Virus record (IMG/VR): IMGVR_UViG_3300021963_000069
Coordinates: 29,551 to 93,550 of that record
Length of the DNA: 64,000 bases
From: a virus
Reading direction: 5' to 3' (one strand)
Below, piece after piece: positions 57,697 to 64,000 of this stretch. A program made the position numbers and the translations under genes. Positions within the stretch are counted from its first letter, which is position 1, and each line of letters starts with the position of its first letter. Under the pieces are notes generated by a model. That model had not been told where the DNA came from. It was given only the letters and a program-made list of their open reading frames with translations, and made no database searches.

Positions 57697-58620
57697 TTAT
57701 GATAATCTAACTCTTTTGGAAGTGTCTATTCCTCTTTTCTTTTGATATTTCGTAAGTGGTCCGGCAGTTGTAACATATTCAGTTTCAAGGCACATCCACT
57801 TCTGTGAGTTTGTATTTTTTGCTCCTTTTTTACCATCTTCACTCATTTTTTCTTTTGTTCTTTCGTGTACTCCTACACCAAGTTCATAAGTTTTTTTACC
57901 ATTTAATTTACCACTTATTTTACCACCCTTTCTACCGTTTTCACTTTTTTGTTCTGGGGTTAATCCAAAAATCCCTGTTTTATTTTCTTTATGTTTTTTA
58001 CCAGTAATTTTCCCACCTATTTTACCACCTATTTTTCCTCCTTTTTTACCACTTATTTTACCATTTTCACTTCTTTGTTCTGGAGTTAATCCAAAAATCC
58101 CTGTTTTATTTTCTTTATGTTTTTTACCAGTAATTTTCCCACCTATTTTACCATCTTCCGTCATTTGTTCTTTTGTTCTTCCGTGTATTCCTACACCAAG
58201 TTCATAAGATTTTTTACCACTTATTTTACCATTTTCACTTCTTTGTTCTGGGGATATTCCACAAACTCCTACACCAAGTTCTTTTGTTCTTTTACCACCT
58301 ATTTTAGCAGCATTACTGCAAATTTGTAAAGAGATTACTCCACCACAACTTTCATTAAGACACCATTTATCAGTATTATAAAATGGTTTTATCAATCTCT
58401 TTTCAACTTCTTGTGCTTCTATCCAACCTTCGTCGGTGAAATCAAAAAGTTCTAATATCTGTTTCTTTGGAGTATAAAAATTCCAACACCACTTATGTGT
58501 TTTTGGAGAACCCATATAATACTCATTATACCTTTTTTCCTTATGAACTCCATAATAATAGTAAGGAACTTCCTCAAAGGTAATCTTGTATATGTAAATT
58601 CTTGGACTTTGTGAAGTCAT
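57697..58620 (-). CDS. GIY-YIG-type homing endonuclease with Gly/Lys-rich repeats (true start MTSQSPR)
   Basis: IYIYKITF...YYYGVH...YMGS; E..LI; CLNE; repeated GIFGLTPEQRSENG; TATAAATA at 58647-58654 places the start at 58620. Confidence 0.85.
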   Translation of the reverse strand: MTSQSPRIYIYKITFEEVPYYYYGVHKEKRYNEYYMGSPKTHKWCWNFYTPKKQILELFDFTDEGWIEAQEVEKRLIKPFYNTDKWCLNESCGGVISLQICSNAAKIGGKRTKELGVGVCGISPEQRSENGKISGKKSYELGVGIHGRTKEQMTEDGKIGGKITGKKHKENKTGIFGLTPEQRSENGKISGKKGGKIGGKIGGKITGKKHKENKTGIFGLTPEQKSENGRKGGKISGKLNGKKTYELGVGVHERTKEKMSEDGKKGAKNTNSQKWMCLETEYVTTAGPLTKYQKKRGIDTSKRVRLS

Positions 58621-58657
58621 AGTTCTACTTTGTGTTTGGTCTGTATTATTTATACGA

Positions 58658-58711
58658 GAAAAGGTGCCCGAAAGCACCCAATCTCTGCTTCTGCGACCAA
58701 ACACAAGCATC
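58658..58711 (-). ncRNA. Candidate small RNA complementary to the leader of the downstream endonuclease mRNA (module 2)
   Basis: TATAAATA (58714-58721), segment TTGTGTTTGGTC, AGATT, terminator GGTGC-loop-GCACC-TTTTC. Confidence 0.6.
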
Positions 58712-58716
58712 ATTAT

Positions 58717-59097
58717 TTATAATGCCTCCAATTCATCAGCAAGTGCTAAAATGTCCTTAATATTTACAACACCAATTCCGTGGTCTCCATCTATATGGTA
58801 GTTATCATACCCAAGTTCTTCTACTAATGTTCTCAAAACTGCTCCATATTCATAAAAAACTTTTGCTTGAATAGGGTCTCTACCCTCACGAATAAGTTTT
58901 CCCAAAGTAGGAGAACCTTCTGCGATATTTCGTGCTGCTGATACACATTTTTGTGCGATATTATTCATTTTCAGTTTGCGGAGTTTCTGTGTTGCGTATG
59001 CTGTGAGTTCTCTTTTTGATTTTCTCAATTCTTCTACTTCCTCTGGATTAAGTAGAAACCCATCTGCGATATTTCCGTATTCTTCGGTCATTTCCAA
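58717..59097 (-). CDS. Hypothetical protein
   Basis: Co-oriented ORF; ends in LADELEAL, similar to 55530-55748. Confidence 0.6.
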   Translation of the reverse strand: MEMTEEYGNIADGFLLNPEEVEELRKSKRELTAYATQKLRKLKMNNIAQKCVSAARNIAEGSPTLGKLIREGRDPIQAKVFYEYGAVLRTLVEELGYDNYHIDGDHGIGVVNIKDILALADELEAL

Positions 59098-59435
59098 CCA
59101 CCATTAATTGTAGCATAAAACTCATCAAAACAATTTAACCCGTGACATCTCTCCCTCAATCTTTCCAAACTATGGGTCATCAAAAATCCCCAAATAGAAA
59201 ATGCCTCCTTAACTCTCCAATATCCACCACGAAGTTTGAGATAAAGAATATAAAGTTCTTCATTCATCTCTAATCTCCTTTAACCATTGGGCGAATTCAA
59301 TCCATTTTGTATCGTTGAATGCTTCTTGGAGAACTTCAGCATTAGGTTCGTGGTTTATTCTATGAATTAATATTTTCATCTCATTACGAATAAGAACCCG
59401 CTGCCTATTAACCATTTCGCATATTTGTAAGTCAG

Positions 59436-59795
59436 TCATATAAGAACCTCATAAGACTTTCCATTAAACTTCCAGTCAATCTGGATTTTTTGTTTATCTA
59501 TACTATAAAATACCCGTAGTTTTTTACAGGCACCACCATCCTCAAAGGGATGTTCAAAGAGGGAGTGTCTCATCGTATCTAAAATATCAGTTGTGATGGG
59601 TTCAAACATATAACGATTAAACTCAAGAGTGCTTTTAATTGCCGAAAGCATATAATCATAATACTCTTCTTCGGGTTTTGACTTCCAGTATTTCTTTGAG
59701 AGTTTTACTTTCTCATCACTTACTGGAGCGTAAGGAGAATACTCAAATGCTTCCGTATCTATTTCATAATATGTGGTGTCTGTGATGTCTTTCAT
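59436..59795 (-). CDS. Hypothetical protein
   Basis: ATGA-coupled operon member. Confidence 0.6.
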   Translation of the reverse strand: MKDITDTTYYEIDTEAFEYSPYAPVSDEKVKLSKKYWKSKPEEEYYDYMLSAIKSTLEFNRYMFEPITTDILDTMRHSLFEHPFEDGGACKKLRVFYSIDKQKIQIDWKFNGKSYEVLI

Positions 59796-60055
59796 TCGTT
59801 ACTCATCTTCTCCAGTTCCTCGGCAAGATGAATTATAGCATCTTTTACCCATAATTGTCCTTTAATGAAATGATGCTTTTCAATAGAAAATTCCCTATAA
59901 GGGTTCGGTTCTATGTTGAGACTTTCTACTGCCTCACGAAGAGCATTCGCAATAGCATTATTATTGAGGTCTTGAACCACAAAATCTACTCTCTTATTTG
60001 CGAAGGTAGAATAAAATTTATCCACAATTAGTTCCGCTCTACTTCTTGTACTCAT
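59792..60055 (-). CDS. Hypothetical protein
   Basis: Coupled operon member. Confidence 0.6.
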   Translation of the reverse strand: MSTRSRAELIVDKFYSTFANKRVDFVVQDLNNNAIANALREAVESLNIEPNPYREFSIEKHHFIKGQLWVKDAIIHLAEELEKMSNE

Positions 60056-60217
60056 AATTTTTCACCACAATAATCCATACCATTCCAGATTTCGTGTTTG
60101 ATAATTTCTTCAAAACATTCCCCCAACGAGGATGATATACCATTATACTCATTAATTCCATCTGGTCCAGTATATAATTCCCAAGTGTAGTTGCCGTCTC
60201 CGGGATGATATAAGATT

Positions 60218-60568
60218 TCAACTTTCATTCAGTTTCTCCTGAAGTTGTTCTGGTGTAAATGTAGTTTCATCAATCATAAGACCCAATATTTCTTTAGAAG
60301 GATTTTTTACATCGTAATCACAGTAATACATTTTACTACCTTGATAATAAGTTCTTCCATTCTTATCTTCAAGATAGTTGATGTCTCCAACATAAAGAGA
60401 TTTGTTCTTTTTAGCAGAAAAATATCTATCCAAAAAATCTGGATATTTATTCACAAAATCTGGTGATTTAATATCATCCAAGAAACATCGTTCTTCTTTA
60501 TGAGGTTCTTCTTTGGAAACTAACCGAAACCCAAATCGGGCAAGTAATTTGTTGAGTAAGTTAATCAT
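60218..60568 (-). CDS. Hypothetical protein
   Basis: ATGA-coupled operon member. Confidence 0.6.
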   Translation of the reverse strand: MINLLNKLLARFGFRLVSKEEPHKEERCFLDDIKSPDFVNKYPDFLDRYFSAKKNKSLYVGDINYLEDKNGRTYYQGSKMYYCDYDVKNPSKEILGLMIDETTFTPEQLQEKLNES

Positions 60569-60789
60569 TTTCCATTACCATCCCACACATAAGACTTTAA
60601 CAACTCGTTGTCTTTTTCCAGTTGTTCCACTCTTTCTACCAAATCTTGAAGAATAAGAATTAAAGCAGGATAGTCCAGATTTGTAATATCATTTCCCCTT
60701 TCCATATCGGTATAGGTGAAATATTGAAGTTCTTTCGTAAGGTTTCTGGAAGTCATAATGTGTTTGTGTATGAAAGTATTATAAGGCAT
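60565..60789 (-). CDS. Hypothetical protein (start probably MTSRNL)
   Basis: Follows the promoter cassette at 60775-60836. Confidence 0.6.
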   Translation of the reverse strand: MPYNTFIHKHIMTSRNLTKELQYFTYTDMERGNDITNLDYPALILILQDLVERVEQLEKDNELLKSYVWDGNGK

Positions 60790-60834
60790 CTGGTGCCCCT
60801 GTGGAGTGGTGTCTGTGCCAGTTTAGGAAGTGTC

Positions 60835-61032
60835 CTACCTCGCATCCTTTTCAAGTGTCTCAATACAATCCATCCATCCAGCATTATAATCGGCATCATA
60901 CTTGCTTTCTTCTCTATGATGAGTTTTTAACCAGCATTTTACGACATCTACAATCTCATTCGCAATCACACCACCAGATTGGACGGCATTATGAGTATAA
61001 TACCATTCTGTAAGTTGTTCGTGAAGTTTCAT
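60835..61032 (-). CDS. Hypothetical protein, EIVD..W..GY/WND family
   Basis: Shares a C-terminal module with 61029, 61678 and 63223. Confidence 0.6.
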   Translation of the reverse strand: MKLHEQLTEWYYTHNAVQSGGVIANEIVDVVKCWLKTHHREESKYDADYNAGWMDCIETLEKDAR

Positions 61033-61685
61033 TTTTTGTTCCTTAACTTTGATTTGATTTTAGTGAGTGCGTCATTATATCCATCTACAAGGTCAATTAC
61101 AGAAGCACTTTGAGTTCCAGAACTATCTTGTTCTTTAGGCAACCAAAGTTGTATCTGGTCTATCAAGTCATCAATCGCAACTTCTCTATCCCAATCTTGA
61201 TGAATACCATCATATACATCATCCCACCAACGAGTAATGAGTGCTTCAAGAGTTTTACCCAACTCAAACTTCAAAAAATCGGGCGGATTTTCCTCCCACT
61301 CCTTCAACATCCTATTTACAACATCATCATTCTCATACTTATTCTCTAACCTATCCAGAACCTCATTCATAGGTTTTGGAGTTTGTGGTTTCACCCAATC
61401 TAATGGATTTTCATTAGGATGCTCTTCACACCATTTTTTACTCTCACGAACAACATCCCATTTTTCGGGTTCCTTTGGTTTTTGAAACTCCTCAACAGCA
61501 TCTACAATCTCATAACAACAATCGTAGGAATATCCAAGATTACGGATTACATCAAGAAGTTTTTCTGGTTTTGGATAAGCATTCTTGATTTTATCAAAGA
61601 GTGGTCGGGTCTCATCGTTGAGTTCCACATACTTATCAATCTGTTTCAACTCCTCAACTGTAAGATTAAGTGTAATGTCAGTCAT
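61029..61685 (-). CDS. Hypothetical multi-module protein
   Basis: 218-aa coupled ORF. Confidence 0.65.
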   Translation of the reverse strand: MTDITLNLTVEELKQIDKYVELNDETRPLFDKIKNAYPKPEKLLDVIRNLGYSYDCCYEIVDAVEEFQKPKEPEKWDVVRESKKWCEEHPNENPLDWVKPQTPKPMNEVLDRLENKYENDDVVNRMLKEWEENPPDFLKFELGKTLEALITRWWDDVYDGIHQDWDREVAIDDLIDQIQLWLPKEQDSSGTQSASVIDLVDGYNDALTKIKSKLRNKK

Positions 61686-62103
61686 TTTTCAAGTTCTCCT
61701 CCAAAACAGTAAGACAATATTCATATCCTTTCTTATATTCTCCACACATCACATTATCTGCGTATTGAGACATCCATTCTTTTACAATTTCACAAAACTC
61801 ATCACAATCAGGTACAATCCATACTGTTTCATGAAATAATTGATGAAGAGTTTTGAGTTCTTCTAGTTCTTCTTCTGGTTCTTGTGATACTTTCTCTTCA
61901 TAAGCAGCATTATAACCCTGCTCAAAATTCGTCCAAGTTGAACCATCCCAACAAGTATCGGCAATATCAGTCACAGGATACCTACCATAAACTCTTTTGA
62001 ATGCTTCTTCTACTGGTGATTTTGTTTTTTCCAGTTCCTCCAAGAATGAGAGTTTCTTCTCAAGCATTTTGATTTCTGCTTTTACTTTTTGAATTTCAGT
62101 CAT
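61678..62103 (-). CDS. Hypothetical protein
   Basis: Coiled coil plus VEEAFK..YG.YP module shared with 62798. Confidence 0.65.
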   Translation of the reverse strand: MTEIQKVKAEIKMLEKKLSFLEELEKTKSPVEEAFKRVYGRYPVTDIADTCWDGSTWTNFEQGYNAAYEEKVSQEPEEELEELKTLHQLFHETVWIVPDCDEFCEIVKEWMSQYADNVMCGEYKKGYEYCLTVLEENLKND

Positions 62104-62294
62104 TTTACTTCCCCAATAATGGATTTGAGTTGTTTGAGATTATCATAAAGTTCTTTTTGAAAATCATAACATTCAGTCAAATGGTCTATGTTGTTGTCCT
62201 CAAAGTTAGTTTCCTCACGGATTTCCCAAGACAAACCATCCATATCTGCTGCGGTTTCTGTGAGAAAGTATTCAAGTGTTTCAAGTAAAGTCAT
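62100..62294 (-). CDS. Acidic hypothetical protein
   Basis: Coupled ORF. Confidence 0.6.
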   Translation of the reverse strand: MTLLETLEYFLTETAADMDGLSWEIREETNFEDNNIDHLTECYDFQKELYDNLKQLKSIIGEVK

Positions 62295-62506
62295 TAGAAT
62301 TCATCCACAACAAGCATTCCATTTACATAACCAATCCCAGTTTTTTGTCTGCGGATTTCTTCCTGTTGTCCTTCCTCAAAGATTTTACGGGCAAACTTCA
62401 AGAGGTCTTCTTCATCACATTCCCAGTAAATGTCGTTTGTTGTTTTACTTATGTGTCTATCAAACCCATAGGATTTAGCAAGTTCAATAATTTCAGGATT
62501 AGTCAT
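62294..62506 (-). CDS. Hypothetical protein
   Basis: Coupled ORF with GGAG RBS. Confidence 0.6.
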   Translation of the reverse strand: MTNPEIIELAKSYGFDRHISKTTNDIYWECDEEDLLKFARKIFEEGQQEEIRRQKTGIGYVNGMLVVDEF

Positions 62507-62509
62507 TCT

Positions 62510-62716
62510 TCAATCTCCAAGAACACCAGACCTTACACTATCCACACCTTCTCCATAACCATCACTATAACCCTTATTATATGCCTTATAAGTAGATATA
62601 AGAGCAAACTTTACAGCAACCTCACGGAAGGCATTATTGAGAGCACCAATCATTTCAGTATTCATTCCAAACTGGGTTCCATCTCCCCAGAGTTCAATAA
62701 GTTCTTGTTCGGTCAT
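62510..62716 (-). CDS. Hypothetical protein
   Basis: Behind the promoter cassette at 62735-62800. Confidence 0.6.
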   Translation of the reverse strand: MTEQELIELWGDGTQFGMNTEMIGALNNAFREVAVKFALISTYKAYNKGYSDGYGEGVDSVRSGVLGD

Positions 62717-62797
62717 TTGAAGTTCCTTTGGTTATGAGTGTATTATAGGGCATCTGGAGGGTTCTGTGGGTGCCTCTGTGCCAGTTCAAAAGGTGTC

Positions 62798-63226
62798 CTA
62801 GTCATTTTTCTGTCCTGCCTTGTATCCTTCTTTAAATGCTACCCAAGTCGCAGCATCATAATCATTCGTAGACATATCAATTATTGGATAATGTCCGTAA
62901 AAATCCCGATATGCTTTTTCAACATCAGTCCTCACAGTTTCCTGATATTCTAATAGTTTCAATCTCTGTTGGAGGTTCGCAATATCTTTCTTGGTTTGTT
63001 CTATTTGTGAGAGTTCGGGTTCTTGTGGTGGTTCTGGTCCCAACCATTCTTCAAGTGCTTCTAATGCTCCCTCTTCACCAGTTTTAGGTTTCACTTTATT
63101 CACAAATATTTTAAGGGTTTTCCCTTTATCTTGAAATTGCCAAGATACATCATTATCATCTTTCCAAGAAACATACTCCCTGCCCCCAGTATCTGTAATA
63201 ACTTCAAGTCTTGTAATTCTAGTCAT
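62798..63226 (-). CDS. Hypothetical two-module protein
   Basis: TRLEVI..GREYV...QDKGKTLKIF plus a module shared with 61678. Confidence 0.65.
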   Translation of the reverse strand: MTRITRLEVITDTGGREYVSWKDDNDVSWQFQDKGKTLKIFVNKVKPKTGEEGALEALEEWLGPEPPQEPELSQIEQTKKDIANLQQRLKLLEYQETVRTDVEKAYRDFYGHYPIIDMSTNDYDAATWVAFKEGYKAGQKND

Positions 63227-63768
63227 TTGAATAAGTTTTTATTTACTTCACGAATACAATCATTATAACCTAAATGATACTCTGGTAGTCCAACACCTTT
63301 TTTATATTCAGGAATATTCTCCCTAATCAAATCCCTTACCCTATCAGTCATATCATCACACCCGCAAGTATCACCAAGTTTAGTTTTTAGCAATCCCCAT
63401 AGTTTATCATAAAAACTTTGAGGTTCTATGATGCGTTGATACTTCACACCCATAATGGTTGCCGTGTCTCCTTCTATGAGAACCTTTGAGATGTCTATTT
63501 CTGTTTGAGAGTTCATCACTTTTTCTGTTTCCCTCCGTAGTTTTTCTTCCACTTGATGAGTTTCCGCATTACCATTAAATGCTGAAACAAAAGCAGTTGC
63601 GTTTCCACCCTTTTCAACAATCATATACATTTTAGATGTTATTCCACACTCTGGATTATCACAGGTCATCGTGATTTCTCCTGCGAATATATCATAAGTG
63701 CTCCAAACCCATTTATGATAGTTTCCACATTCAGGGCACTTCCACTTTACAATTCGGTCGTTATTCAT
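63223..63768 (-). CDS. Hypothetical protein with N-terminal zinc ribbon
   Basis: CPEC...CDNPEC; behind the promoter cassette at 63785-63850. Confidence 0.65.
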   Translation of the reverse strand: MNNDRIVKWKCPECGNYHKWVWSTYDIFAGEITMTCDNPECGITSKMYMIVEKGGNATAFVSAFNGNAETHQVEEKLRRETEKVMNSQTEIDISKVLIEGDTATIMGVKYQRIIEPQSFYDKLWGLLKTKLGDTCGCDDMTDRVRDLIRENIPEYKKGVGLPEYHLGYNDCIREVNKNLFK

Positions 63769-64000
63769 TTGTTTGGTTGCTTATGAGGTTATTATAAGGC
63801 ATCTTGAGGAAGATTTCAAGTGCCCCTGTGCCAGTTCGTCAAGTGTCCTTATAAGGCATCACCTGCTTATATTTCAGGGCAAAGTGTCGGTAAGCACCCA
63901 TAGCAATTTTAGGCATCCAATCACTATGATAACGTAATGGAAGAGTTAAGTTAGAACAGAACTCCCGTGCCTTATTTCGCAATAAAGAGTTTTCATCCTC

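Noticed and set aside
57850-58290. DNA repeats as a DGR template/variable pair or non-coding array
   Set aside because: They are in-frame coding repeats of the endonuclease; no reverse transcriptase in the window
58621-58713. N-terminal 31 codons of the listed ORF 57697-58713
   Set aside because: They run through a terminator and a late promoter; the GIY-YIG domain starts at ATG 58620
31330-63850. Integron attC sites
   Set aside because: No RYYYAAC/GTTRRRY cores and no integrase in the window; the elements contain -10 boxes and read as promoters
1-64000. tRNA genes, introns, inteins, stop-codon reassignment
   Set aside because: None recognised by eye; conserved genes are intact in the standard code. 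A tRNAscan-SE or Infernal run would be needed to exclude RNA genes fully

Overview
A 64-kb segment of a T4-like cyanomyophage (Kyanoviridae-type, probably freshwater, inferred from gene content). Almost all genes are on the minus strand. 1-30.3 kb is an AT-rich late structural block: gp25, gp6, a 3857-aa gp7, gp8, a VrlC/DUF4815 protein, gp13, gp14, gp15 and gp16, plus speD, an AbrB-like gene, a glycosyltransferase-like gene and an unlisted nblA-like ORF, with TATAAATA late promoters. At about 30.35 kb the sequence switches abruptly to a GC-richer early/accessory region of small genes. About 25 of them are preceded by a repeated promoter cassette: a 22-bp palindromic box, a variable hairpin over the -35/spacer region, and a -10 box. 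This region also holds a family of non-coding promoter/CCCTGCC/AT-rich elements, an origin-like locus (phased CTCGTCGAG array plus two TTTTCCACA DnaA boxes), ArdA-like and acidic mini-proteins, duplicated genes for putative capsid-internal proteins, and four endonuclease genes. The most unusual signal: both GIY-YIG-type endonuclease genes are preceded by the same module, a separately promoted and terminated RNA of about 55-60 nt whose variable segment is complementary to the leader of its own endonuclease mRNA. All calls come from reading the sequence; no database searches were run.
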